Source: Oikopleura dioica
Lineage: Eukaryota > Animalia > Chordata
Reading direction: 5' to 3'
Assembly: GCA_907165135.1 (NCBI GenBank)
Contig: OU015566.1
Coordinates: 8,990,001-9,054,000 of the forward strand
Length of the DNA: 64,000 bases
Both the position numbers and the translations under genes were made by a program. Below, in pieces: positions 16,574 through 31,549 of this stretch (position 1 is its first letter; each line of letters opens with the position of its first letter). The notes beneath the pieces were generated by a model that had not been told where the DNA came from, made no database searches, and was given only the letters and a program-made list of their open reading frames with translations.

Positions 16574-16759
16574 TCACTAGTTCTGATGCTTATAATTTCT
16601 TTCTTGAGCCATTTTACCAGATTATTCTTCAATTATTCCCTGCTGATGAAATACTATCTTTATATAGTGTAAATAACCATACCACATATATTCATTTTGC
16701 ACTTTTATAGTTCCAAAATAAAGGTCTCATAGTGAAAAATCAAGCAGTTTCATCAGAAA

Positions 16760-17161
16760 TCACACTTCTTTCGTGCCGCTTATTGATTCTGATGAAATAC
16801 ACGGACTCTCCATCATTCGGTTATTCCAAAGAGTCAGGATCCTTCTTGACAATCTATCGCTCCGCTTTCGAATTTGGTCTTGTCGAAACTTTTTACTGCA
16901 GGCAAGAAGCACGACTACCATGTACATGATCATGTAAACCACGCATCCAACAACAATCCTTAAGTAGAATCGTTACAGTTCGATGGAAATTTACGGTTCA
17001 ATGCATATTTTTCTCATTGCAGGTAAGAAAAAGCGTGAGTGGGGTCGTGAAATATTAAAATTTGTCCGCTTGGGTCAAGAATTTTAGAAATCAAGCTCAT
17101 TGTTAGTATGAACTCACCATTCATAATGCTCAATAAACCAGTAGACAGAGTCTTCGGCTTT
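16760..17161 (-). CDS. Last two exons of a small single-pass membrane protein (5' end unresolved)
   Basis: Splice-compatible exons KAEDSVYWFIEHYEW|IVVGCVVYMIMYMVVVLLACSKKFRQ...: hydrophobic helix followed by a basic stop-transfer stretch. Confidence 0.4.
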
Positions 17162-17595
17162 CTAGGGATGATCTTACGAAAAAAAATTTATTTGAATACT
17201 CTTAGAGTTGCTAGACTCTAGCAATTCCGAGTTGAAAAGTCTTCAACCCTGACTGTTTCTGAAAGATAGATTTCGTCTAGAATAATCGTTATATTCTTCA
17301 AATCAATGGTCATCGGTACCAATTTCTCTCTTTTCTGATAAAACCGCAATAAATTCAAATCGAATGAATAGAACAAACCAACATGTTTCCAAAGCAAATT
17401 GCTGAATTATTGATTAAACTTGAGCCTCCGATAAAGCTCACAAAAGCTCGATCGAACCGCGAGTGATGCGAAAATTCGCTTTTAGAAATATATTTATTAA
17501 CAATGTGTGTCTGTTACAAATGAAAATAAGTGCAGAATTGGTTTCTTCGGGCATTGGATCTTCACGCATTTTTGGAAGAAATTATTAAATAAAAT

Positions 17596-19658
17596 CTAAT
17601 CTTCATCGCTATCTGGCGGTTTCGAGAGCCCTCGACGGACGATTTTCATCCTCTTCACCTAAAAGAAGGCTAGTAAGTCGACCACGTCCCCGGATGACAT
17701 TCGCTGTCGTTTCAGCTAAACAAGATCATTTATCTAACGGGGCATCCAGTGGTTCGAAAATAGAGGATATCTCTTCTTAATATATGTTATCTTACCGATG
17801 GCTGTCCATTTGGGGGAGTCATTGGTCCACCAGGAGGCATGCTTGACGATGATGTTCCCGAATCAGTAGAGTCTGAGATAAATATTAATGGCCATACTTA
17901 TCCGGTTTTCTGGCTTACGTGGTCTTGGGGGACCAGGACTCACAACAGGACTTCGTATGTGAGGCGAGCGGACTCCATGCGGCTGTGGATGATTAGGGTG
18001 AGGCTGCTGTTGACTTATTTGCATTTGGTGGTTTTGCAGCGCGGCTAGTTGGGCTGGATTTAAGGCTGCTGGTGGAGCTCCCTGGCGTTGAATGTGTGGT
18101 ACACTGGTAGGCGGATGCATTGGGGGCATTCTGTTTTGCACTGGCAATCTAGGTCTAAACAGACAAGTTAGAGGTTAGATCCATGAAATCAAAAGTTTGT
18201 CAGTTGATTGTTTATTTAAAACTTTTTGTTTGAAGCACAGAAAAACAACACCTCACCTTTGATGATGCATTGGCATCTGATGCTGAGGCGGAACTGTTCT
18301 CTCAAAAACAATATCTCCCAGCTTCTGAGCCGCAAAACCGCGAATGAATTGTTGTCCCCGATGATTAAACTGTATGTTTGTGTTGCAGTGCCTCAGATTC
18401 TGCTCTGTTGGTGCTGGCTCCCGGAGAATAAGGTTGAAATAGTCCTTCACCAAGCGACGGGCGTACAGTAACCCCTTCGTCTTTGAAGGATCGGAAATGT
18501 ACTCGATGAAGTTTTCCGAATGCCGAATCGCATTGAGCAGCTTTTTGGAAGTGTTCACCATCGATGAAGCTTCGCGTTTTCGCTGACCACAGATGTTTCG
18601 AACTTGAACTTGAAGCTCTTGTTGTTTCGTCTTGACTAAATTGGTGATCTCAGCAAAGTAGCTTTCTATTTGTTTGTTCAGCACTTCTTCTTGCTTGTGA
18701 AGATCAGCGAGACGAGCCTGTCCCATGTTCATGAAGTTTTGTAGGTTGGCCTTTTTCTGGACAAGCTCTGGGAACGCAAGTTGAAGTAGTTTTCGCTCTT
18801 TAATTCCTGCGTCTGCCACAAAGTCGTATCTATGCTCTTTGTGGTGCTGGAGTTGACAGTCTCTACAGGTCATCATGTCGCAACTTTCACAGAACAACTG
18901 CAAGGGCTCACTTGGATGTTCTTTGCAGTACTTAGTTTCGTTTTCTACAACTGGCGCTTCATCGACAAGCTGGTGATTTTTCGTGATCTTGACTCTTTTG
19001 TGCGCTGTCACGCAAATTTCACAAAGCCATTCGGCACACTCGACGCAAAATTTCACCCCATCGACATCTTCATCGCAGCAGCTGCATTTCTTTGACTGCG
19101 AGGTTGGACTTTGCTTGTCAACCTCTTCAGAGATAAAATGATTGTCCGATAGAAGTGTTCTTGGAGTCAGGCATCGACAAACTGGGCAGAGAATTTTCCC
19201 GTCGCTTGTTTGCGGCGCTGCTCTCTCTTTCTCCGATTTATCGAGGCATTCTGCGCAGAAGGTGTGAAGACAACCAAGCAGCTTTCCGTTTCCGCCGACT
19301 TTGTTGGAGCAAACGCCGCAGTTTTCAAATACATCGGTGGGATTAACTGGACTTGAATTCGCTTCCTCTTGCACTGAAAAAAAATTGATTTCGAGCACTT
19401 CTGGTCATCGATTTATTGATTTTGTAAATTATTCATTGAATAAATAGTTAATGATAAATAATCCTACTTTATTTTTTTTCTACGAGATTATATATTTGTA
19501 AATAATATATCAATTAATAAATACATTGTAAACATGCAGCTTACCATTTATTACTTGTACAGTCGGATCCTCAATTGCATTAGCTTCGTCATCGACCGGT
19601 TCCTCTTTCGCCAGCAACAGTGTAATTGGCGTATCATCGTCACCTTCATCTTGAATCC
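17596..19658 (-). CDS. TIF1-type TRIM protein (RING-Bbox1-Bbox2-coiled coil) with Pro/Gln tail; start codon unresolved
   Basis: RING CGVC...LLGCLHTFC..C...CPVC; B-box1 CSCCDE...FCVECAEWLCEICVTAHKRVKITKNH; B-box2 CKEHPSEPLQLFCESCDMMTCRDCQLQHHKEH; all typical of TRIM24/28/33/bonus. Confidence 0.85.
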
Positions 19659-20161
19659 CTGTAAGTTGCATTTTATAACTTCTCTTTTACTCGGCAAAAA
19701 AATGTTTGTGGGGAGCAGACCCGTTTTATAACGAGCAAATTGACATAAACCCACGCTTTTTGGAATCTAGCGCCACCTGGTACAATCCGGTTTGAACTGG
19801 TCCGTGCGTACTACACTCAGTGTGGTAATCTACTACACTTGGTTTGACAACTGTGGCGATTAAATTCGGCGATAAGTGAGTTTGTGTGGGTCAAAGGAAT
19901 TAGCGTGGGTTTGACATTTCGGAGCATCCCCGGGGCCGCGCTCGGTCTGGTGCGCCGTCTAGTAGCTACCACACTCGAGTGGAACGTATGAAATGTCATT
20001 GGCATTTGTTGGCAAGACCACTTGAGATACTTTGTGGTTTTTAATTCCCGCGGGGGTCGACGATAAGTGGCACCTGATTTTTGGCTTGAATTAATTTTAG
20101 TCAAAATAAACAGAGGTAGAATTTGTACCTCAAACAGACATTTATCGTATAAATGGTCGTA

Positions 20162-20251
20162 CAGTGGGGTCCCTCCCTTTCACCCCCCTAAATCGTTCCC
20201 TATTTTCACCCTCCCGCCGCGAAAAATGGGGTGAACGCGAGGGACCCACTG
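20162..20251. mobile_element. 90 bp Tc1/mariner-type MITE
   Basis: TA-CAGTGGGGTCCCTC...GAGGGACCCACTG-TA: 13-14 bp TIR (one G indel) with TA target duplication at 20160-61 and 20252-53. Confidence 0.75.
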
Positions 20252-20432
20252 TACCTCACAAGTTAGGGATGTGAGATCATCGGATTAGATGAAAGAGATT
20301 GTACGGTGCAGTGAATTTATAGAGTAACCCGTGGTCAAGCAGTGCTTTCTTAGATCCCAGACTGACAATCTTTTCCTTCTAATTGATATTATCGACTCAC
20401 TGATAATTGAAGTTATCAATCAAAGTTAGTTA

Positions 20433-21315
20433 TCAACCAAATTGGTTTATATTATTTGAATTAAACCCAAACGACAAATTAAACATACCTGCGTTGTCAG
20501 GACTGTCAGGATCGTCAAACGTCAACTCGAAGTCAGACAATTGTTTGTGATATCGAACCAAGTTGATGATTTTATTATCTGGAGGGAAATGCTCAAGGAA
20601 GAGTTGTTCTTTGAACTTTTCTAGCGCAAGCATCTTCAGATTTGCTCGTATTTCTGATTGTTTCATCTCTGGCTGGCTAAGAAAAGTGGTCATGCGTTAA
20701 ACTATAATTTTGCTTACTCTTTCAGTAAATTGTCGAGTTCTTGTTTGACAAATGTCCACATTTGTTGCTCGACGATGTCAGCTCCGTTGCAAATGTGATC
20801 TCCAGAAACTGAGTTGATGGTGTAGTTTTCAATATTAAAGAACTCATCATTTTTTACGATTGTCAGTTTGTTTTCGTTGAATTTGCTGATCTTCCCATTT
20901 GGTTGCTTTCGCTCTCTAGTGTAGCGGCCTTTCTTGCAGATTTTATCAGAAACTGTGACATTGTAAGTACGTTTGCAAGGATTTTCTCTTCCGTCGAACC
21001 AGAGCAGATGTATTTAAGACTTTTGCTAAACTTGATTTTCGCTGAAGGATGTATTCTCTATCGTTTTCGACCACTAACAGGTTTGGAAAGTTCTTTCCAT
21101 TTCTCAAAATTTGTTTGATCCTTGTGGTTGGGGCCCCCAACTTGGGGGATCCATTTTCGGAATGAGAGAAAATGCTTCTTCGCCGAGGAAAGGTTGGCAA
21201 GAAATGCTCGCGATGCTGATAGTAGGTCGAAAGGTAGCGATAGGAGACATTCACACAAGTCGGAATTTATTGGTAGAGAGGCTCCAAAGGAAATAGTTTT
21301 ATGAATCATGATCAA
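20433..21315 (-). CDS. Uncharacterised multi-exon protein (boundaries approximate)
   Basis: Chained open frames with splice signals (...EQPNGKISKFNENKLTIVKNDEFFNIENYTINSVSGDHICNGADIVEQQMW...; MTTFLSQPEMK...); no family recognised. Confidence 0.35.
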
Positions 21316-21819
21316 AGGCCCTTCTTTTGAGGGGTTTATAACAGTAAGTTTCAGTTTGATGACACTTTCAGTAGGTAAGTTAACTTTTACAGTAGTTGAT
21401 TTTGTATAAAGTCAGTTAATGATAGCAATATTTCGATAGTCACCCCTGAAGAAATTCTTAGTGTCTGCGTACACAGGTAAAGCTTTGAAAACCCCTCAAA
21501 TCGATCAGAGCTTACTGTAATCTCTTCGATTTCTAGCTGTTGCGCGGCGATTTTCGGTTGCACTCGCACTCCCCTCAGGGCAACCTGTGGTGGTGGATGA
21601 CAAATTCCATTTTCACTGGAAAGAGAAAACAAGTTTCCCAAATTCGTAAAGACCCGATCAGGCACCTCTGGGTTAGAGAAAGAGATTACCCTTTATGGTC
21701 CGCCCTAACCAGCCTCTTCTAACCCTGGCATGAGCGTTTTTGGCTACATTTTAGAAATTTCTTCACGGTTGATTCGGATAATAATGTGGTTACTTTTTGG
21801 CCGCATGAAGAGATGAAAA

Positions 21820-23390
21820 ACGACTTGCAGATGAGCCGCAACTGCTGACAGAAACAGAACCTGAAGCTGAGGAAGAACAGCGCGAAGAACGGGTAGATGA
21901 CTCGGACGTGGATTTGAATAATCCGGAAAATCTTGGCTACGGAACAGAGGACGATGCTGAGTGGCAGGTAATAAATGAAATGCACACGGAACATATTGAA
22001 TATTTTGAAAGGACGAAGACGAGCAGCGCTATGTGCAAAACCGATCCTCAGTCAAGCAAGTGGTCAGGCAGAAAGAAACGGTCCACTCAATCCAGCGGTT
22101 GAAGCTATTCTGGCCAAGTTCTAAAAGCGATTTTATTTATTGAAAATTTACAAATTTTGTATCGAACTCTGGCACAGGCCAAGTGTGGATCGTCATTTAG
22201 TCACTGAGGAAAATTCCTCCTCGACGCCGGATACGATGGTTGAAGGACCAGCATCAAGTAAAGCCCATAATTTATCCCCAAGCCGACTAATTTTAGATCC
22301 TCTGCCAACTGTTTTTCCCCGACAAACAAGCTCACTGGTCCCAACACCTGTTTCAAGAGGGTAAGAAATTATGAAAAAACATGTCTATCTTTCTATAGAA
22401 ACGATCTCGTCGATGATGTCTTCAGTGACAGACCCGGTGATCCTGAATCGCTCTTTGTTTATTCTGAGACGAAGCAAAGCAAAAAACACAAGTCAAAAAA
22501 CTTGCTGAAGTTTCAATCACCACCTCCTCCTCCAGCCAGTGGGGATGAAATAGCTATTGAAATGGAGAGAACTCAAAAGCAGAAGCCAGTTGATCGACTT
22601 CGAATAAAATCATCAAGGTCAAGGAATCCTTCTTCGACAACAACATGCAACGCTGATAGCCGGCGTAAACAGGACAGTTGCTCGTCAAGTGACATCGAGA
22701 GTGTCACAAGAATTGTTTTCAAGGTAAGAAGACGAGGTTAAGCTGTTAATAACCGATTTCTAAGCCCCCACATACGTCGACAGATATCAATCAAAATCGT
22801 TCTCAGCCGCCTCAGTCGCTTCCAGGACTCAAACTCGTGAAACCACCTCCGAAACGACCAAAACGAAATCGCAAGCCGAAAAAGTCGGAAGCATCTTCAA
22901 CCAACCCAAAGCCGCAGAAAGAGCCAGGATTGTTATCGAAATTCATGGACCAAGCGTGGTACTATGACACGAATATAAGTTGGTATTCGTTTCATGGAAA
23001 GGGTGCGGGCTGGATTCTAGTGCTTTTTCCATTCATAGTCCTTTTTGGACCGTTTTTGATGAGCTGTTATGTCTTCAATTTGCATCATCGAAGCAGGGTA
23101 AGTGAATGAAAACTGGCCTCTTTCTATTTCTTTTTCAGCGATGCTGGCATGAATGCTGGAAAGTCGATTTGAAATACGACTGGTTCAATTGCAAAGGCAA
23201 AGGAACTGGATGGTCCCTCTTGCTCATTATTTTATACATCATTCTTTCTCCTCTTCTCATTGTCTTCACCATGGTCACTTTTCTTGGACTTATTATCTGC
23301 TCAGTAGGTCAGGAAAGCCGACAGCTCTCTCCGATCCAAAGAAAACAAAAAGACCAAGATAAACCCAAAAACCCTTTCACTACTTCATGA
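21820..23390 (+). CDS. Orphan membrane protein: long disordered acidic/Pro-rich N-region and two C-terminal TM hairpin repeats
   Basis: Exons DEPQLLTETEPEAEEEQ..., FQSPPPPPASGDE..., then WYSFHGKGAGWILVLFPFIVLFGPFLM and WFNCKGKGTGWSLLLIILYIILSPLLI; stop at 23390; 5' end uncertain. Confidence 0.6.
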
Positions 23391-23537
23391 GACAAATATA
23401 AGAAACAAAAGCCGATTTATTGTCAGATCATGTTTATTTCATTGACAAATCTTGGGAATAACACTGTTTTGGAATGTTGTGAATAATTATCTGGTGAGCA
23501 GTTATTTGGCAGTGATGAAAAAATATAAATAAATAAT

Positions 23538-26047
<2,510 letters not shown>

Positions 26048-26405
26048 CTTCTCTCTATTTCGATTTTGCACGGAATGAAATGCGAAATGCAAAAAAATCT
26101 CAACGGGCGATTTTCCACTCGGCAGATTTTCGAGTTTTTCGGTTATCCAGATGCGAAAATCTGGCAATGAAGCTTCAGGCGCCGATTCTGAGTTTATTGT
26201 TGACTCAAGGTCGAGTGCGTTTTTCAAAAAATGCGGAATGTCTTCAGAATGGTGGTTTTTTCGTAAGGTGTCATAAAATTATTATTGACTTACTTTTATT
26301 GACTCTAACTGTAGATTTTTGATCGACAATAACGGTAAATAATTAAGGCTCTTTTTTCTAGAGATATATTTTTGCAGTCAGGCTAGAATTCCAGGTCAAT
26401 GATTG

Positions 26406-28550
26406 TCAGGAACTGTACAAGGTAAATTCATTCTTGTAATAGGGCTTGAGAATTTTGAAGGTAACAACTTCATCAGGAACATTTCTAAGACATGCATCCG
26501 CCGATCTGAATATTCGCAGCTCCGCAGCATCGACCGACCTTGGTAAAATTAGAATTATACTAAAGAATATGTCAGTTAACCATTTCTTATTCTTCTGAGG
26601 GATCCAAAGAAAGATGGACTCTGGCTTGCCAACATCATCATCTGTCAAAGTAAAAATGTCCGTTTCATAGGCATTGAACCGTTGAGAGGCTTGGGGATGT
26701 GGATTTGAATAGCCAAGATTCCAGCGATTGCTAAAAATATGAATTCTGAAATGTTTTGTGTATTTTCATGCCTTTTTCGAGAGCGTCCTGATATGATTAT
26801 CTGAACATCTTCCCTTAGCAATTCCATTCCTTTCTTTCCGGTGCTGAGGACGACATGAAACCGAGTCTTCTCTCGAGTTTGAAGCTTGTACTGAGGAAAT
26901 GTTTCTTACACCTATTAGATAGGGCACAACTTACAGAGTACTGGTCAAACCAGTCATTGAACGGAAATAATTGCCTTCCATATTGATTGCTCTTGATGCA
27001 GACGTAGTCCAAAAGCCAGACTCTGTCTGAGTTTGAATGTTTTATCACGACTTCTTTTGGCTTTCCTATTGCGTCAGTATCTTTTAGAGAGCATGTCCTG
27101 TTTTTGACAACCAACTCGCTGAAAGATAGATTAGAATCAATCTCCTGAATGTTCAAAGTACTTTGATTTTCTCCCGTTTGTGCCTGAGATTATAAGCCTC
27201 AGATCGCCAGAAGAGAGGGCCGAATCCGCTTCGTCCTGGAAGTGTCGATGAGGAACGATCATGATGTCGTATGTCACAGGTTTTAGTTGTTGTTTTGCAG
27301 GAATTTGCTTTTGTTGCTGCTTGAATTGGTACGGATTCGGCTGCTTTTTGATTGTATTGACTGATGCTTCAGTAAGGGTTGATTCTGTGTCGCAGTCAGT
27401 GTCCGTGACAGAAGAAATATCACTCAACGTTTTTTGACTTTTTGCGTCACAGAAGAGTGGCTTGAGAATGTCGACAATTTGGACGGCATCGTTATCGTTG
27501 AAGCAGTATCTTCCGTCATTGTCGATGTGAGTTCAGAAGTAATTGAGCTGAGCGAAGCTGCTGAGCTGATTTCTGAAGAGATTGAATCCGCTTTTTGATG
27601 AAGCTTTTTCTGAGGCGGCGGGAGTGGCCAGTTCGGACGAGTGATGCTTTTTGAGATACTTTGGCTCAGTTGACAGGAGACTGTCACTGGTCTAAAAGAA
27701 TTTTTAGGTCGAAAAGCGCAAATAGCCAGTTTACCGAGTCGGTTTTCTGTCTGGGAATTTTATTGTTGACAGATCTAAGGAGCTAACTCTAGTCAGATTC
27801 TCGTCCTCAAGCTTATTGAAGATTATTTCTTTATCATCAAAAGGAACTTGGAAGTTGATTATGTTTTCTTTTGGTTTTAGAATTCGCTGATGAATATTTC
27901 GAGGATCGAGAACAATTTCTAATGGCGAACCATCAGAAGACATCATGGCACTTGAAGTTTGGTTTGAATAGGGGTAATGGAAAAAGAGCTTTACCCAGTA
28001 AAATATCTTTTAAGCTCCTTTGGTCGAGGGTCGGTTATTGGAAGTGAGACAAAGCCAAGTCTCGATTCTTTACTGGTGCTGTATCGAAAAGCCAGACGAA
28101 TAAATCTTCCTGGAGCCAGATATTTTTCATAAGATTTGTATTCTATGTCGACACCAACTTGTACAGGCGATTTTCTCCCTGGGATCTTCGCGATCGAGAA
28201 ATTTTCCGCCAAAATTGTGATCAAGTTTCCCTCAGCATCGGAAATAACTGCTTGGCCGTCAAGTTTGCCAGAATGTTTGTTTGGTGGGACTGATATTTTA
28301 AGTTTGAAATCTCCGCGGTTCGCATTTAGCAGTGCAGTTGAAAGATTCTTGTTATCGTCTTTGATTTCAAGGAGCGATTCAGTAACGTCTTCATAGTTGA
28401 TTGAAGAATTCTAATCATAGTAAAATTATGAACCTGATTATAGCTCTGAAATTACCTGGGGATTACTGCGGACAGCTTTAGGCTGCTCAAAGAGTAATTG
28501 AAATGGGTTCTTCCGATAATTTATGGTTGTTCCATCTTCAGTATTTACCA
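26406..28550 (-). CDS. Orphan protein with a Ser/Thr-rich middle and two PLAT/LH2-like beta domains (boundaries approximate)
   Basis: Two repeats of IIISG...D.GKP..V.I/L...W.. (IGKPKEVVIKHSNSDRVWLLDYV...FPFNDW; VGKPESIFLW...KKWL); multi-exon. Confidence 0.5.
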
Positions 28551-28863
28551 TGTTTAGATGATCAACATAAAAATAGAAATTGTTAATTTTAGCTTTCCAG
28601 AACTCTTCAACGACTGGTTTCTTCAGTGAGTTTATAGCAAAGCGGTAAATAATGTGGAAATTAATAAATTAACTACAAAACTCTTCTTGAAATTATGAGA
28701 ATGAAAAGAGCATAAAATCTCTGATTTACAGCCAAAGATAAAGCAGGCACCAACAAGGGCAGCGACTCTTTCGAGACTGCCGAAAGAGTTAGCTAAAATT
28801 AAAATTCTGTTACGGTAACAGGTTAACTTCTCATTACACGGGCGCGCGACTAAGCGCTCAAAA

Positions 28864-29251
28864 CACGGGGTCCAATTATTGGACCACAATGCATTATCCA
28901 GCCCCGCGCGGCGCGCCAAATTCAGAGTGTGAAAAATAGCGCTCAGGACTTTTGGCTCTAATTGACGTTTCCGTCAAGTAAAAAAGCTCGTAAATTCATT
29001 GCTAGAAAGCTTGAACCTTCTTTTATAAAAATTTACAATTGCAAATCGAAAAATCAGCTCTGATTTTCCACCAAAGAGTGAAAGAGAAATCTGGCGCAAA
29101 ACGCCACCACTTTTGAGTTTTCATTCGAAATTTCTCACAGTGGTTCGTTTCCGTCTTGTCAACTCACATTACAAAATTCAGGTCAAAAAGATTACTAGAA
29201 TTGGAATTACAGGGGGTCAAAGTCGCCGTGGTCCAATGATTGGACCACGTG
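28864..29251. mobile_element. 388 bp MITE with self-palindromic TIRs
   Basis: ACACGGGGTCCAATTATTGGACCAC at 28863 matches the reverse complement of 29228-29252 at 23/25 positions; TA after the right end, AA at the left. Confidence 0.65.
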
Positions 29252-29324
29252 TATTGAGAAGTTAAGCTTTTAGGGTGTTAGCTTTCTGAGTTTTGTCTTC
29301 GTCATTCCATTGAAATAATTGCAA

Positions 29325-30300
29325 CTAACAAAGACATCCAAACTGGACGATATAATATCGTCGATATTGCGGTGTTTTTTTGGTGTATTCTAAGCTATTT
29401 TACTAACCATAACAATCATGACATGATATTGCATCTTGAGAATATTGAAAGACAGAGTTGTGGCTTCTATCCCTGTTCTTTGCTATCAAAAACTTGATGA
29501 ACTCGGCACTTCTACATATAGAGTGTCCACGCATATCATTAATTATCAGCTTCAAGAACTCTTCAGAGTTCTTTGAGACTTCGAACTCTTGAGTCTGAAC
29601 CAGAGCTGCTGATCCCGTCGGAATAACAATCTTTTCTTCTGTTACTGAATGTCCTTCGAAGATCACATAGAAGTCAATGGAGAATCGTGTCTCATTAACA
29701 AGGACTTTCGCGGTATATTTTCCAAGTTTGGCATCGCTTGGGATGGATATTCTTATCGTCGGAAAAGCAAGACTGCTACCAGGCATTGGCATAAGAATTT
29801 GGGAATGCCAAAGCACGTTGGTTTGCGTGGTTTCGTGAAAGATGACAACGTCCAATCCTTTTATCTCCTAAAAATTTCAATAAACGAACTACCAACTGGC
29901 AGCTTATTTAATTAGCTTACATCTTCGAGAGCAAGTTCTAGTGCTCCATTTTGTCTTAAAATAAGTTCTTCGCCTGAAAAATGCTCTGTTTCATTAAGCC
30001 TTCTATTGTGGCTTATATTTTTCGCTATTCTCATAATTCAAGGGTTCTTATTATGTTTTCTCTTGACTTTATGAAAGACACACTCGATGAAAATACCGGA
30101 TGATTATCATATCCACAATCCATGAAGGCATTTTTCCACGGTCGTAAATCTATTTAAAAGATCAACGATTCGGAAATTTTCTTCGGCTCTATTCGATGAT
30201 GATACAGTAGATTTTCACGCGAAACAGTATTCTGAAATTGCCCAGTTTGATGAATAAAGAATAGTTTAGCATGTCTGTTTGAAAGATTCATAGAGCCCTT
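29325..30300 (-). CDS. Truncated transglutaminase-like protein (N-terminal beta-sandwich, no intact catalytic core); 5' end approximate
   Basis: IRISIPSDAKLGKY...FYVIF...I.TGSA resembles the TGM N-domain (SPADAPIG.Y...F.LLFNPW...GS); no YGQCWVF motif before the stop. Confidence 0.45.
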
Positions 30301-30496
30301 GTCCGGAGAATCCTTCTACTTTTCAATCTAATATGAATGGGTGTCTTTGTTGTCACCTAAAGTAAGATAAAATAGTTTTAATACTATTTGAGAACTGTTT
30401 TTTAGTCAATCGGTGAGCAGATTAAAAAGAGCGGCAAGAGAGTACTGTCAATGGGGATGTGTTGATTCGTGTCTTCTGATTTGGTAAAGAAATGAT

Positions 30497-31212
30497 TTGA
30501 ATGAAAGAAAATCGCGAAATATTAGGTTTGGATGGAATGAACAAATGGACCCAGACGACTGCAGCAGGCTCAAATGCGATTTGCTATCCTGCTCGAAATT
30601 TCACTATACGGAAGCCATCAAGGAAGAGATCGAAAAAAGGGAATCACACGCTGTTTTGGCGAGAACTAACACGGCTTGGCGGCTTGAGCTCGAACGGCTC
30701 GAGCAAGAGTTGGAGTTGGAAGACGATGACGGTGATGATGAGAACGATGACAGCAACGATTATGTGCAGGTCGATGCAGACTTGTTTGATTATAACATGA
30801 GGTTGATATATTTTCAATATGATTAGAGCCTTAATTATGTTTTAAGAGGAGATGCAGAGGCAGAAGAAGATGACGAAGATGATTCGAGCTCAGGCTCCGG
30901 AGCATCTATGGAAGAGAATTCTTTAGGCGAAGAGAAAAACTTGGCTATCATAGAAAACGAAGAGGACGGATTCGACGATGATGATGACGGAGGAAGTTCT
31001 GATGGAAGTCGTGAATCCAGGTTTTTTTGACAAGAGAAAAAATAATAACTAACGATTTTATAAGTGGCAATCATACAATCATCAGCATAGATTGCTTCTT
31101 TCATTCCCGCTCAAATTCATTCCAAGACGACTTGAGGATCATTGACGACATGGAGTATTACTCCAAATACATCGACGATGAATTTTCATATGCACAACAC
31201 GACTATGTTTAG
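30497..31212 (+). CDS. Uncharacterised acidic (Asp/Glu-rich) protein, approx. 3 exons
   Basis: Open frames with D/E tracts joined by GT-AG-compatible short introns; start unresolved. Confidence 0.45.
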
Positions 31213-31549
31213 CTTGTCTGCTTATTTCCTTTTGACACTTGCACAAAATATATTATTTAAGTCAAAAAAGTCAGAAAGGTTATCTTTTAATTCATAAATT
31301 CTCTTTTTCATTTACCCTGGTTCTTTTCTGTTACTCTTCTGTAGCGGAATTGACTTTGTTTGTTTTATTTGTGTTGGTATTTAACTTGGCGAAGGTATCG
31401 AATTGACTAATTCTGGTGGGATTCTTGTAGATTCTTTTTGCCCTTTTTTGTATGAAGCAAAAGATATGATATTCAAACTACTTCTATTATTTATTTCTAT
31501 TTTTGCTGAGGTAATAATTTGATAAGATCCTTCATGCAAAAATTACTTG

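Noticed and set aside
28863-29253. Repeated palindromes as a CRISPR-like array
   Set aside because: Only two copies, in inverted orientation, in a eukaryotic context: these are MITE termini
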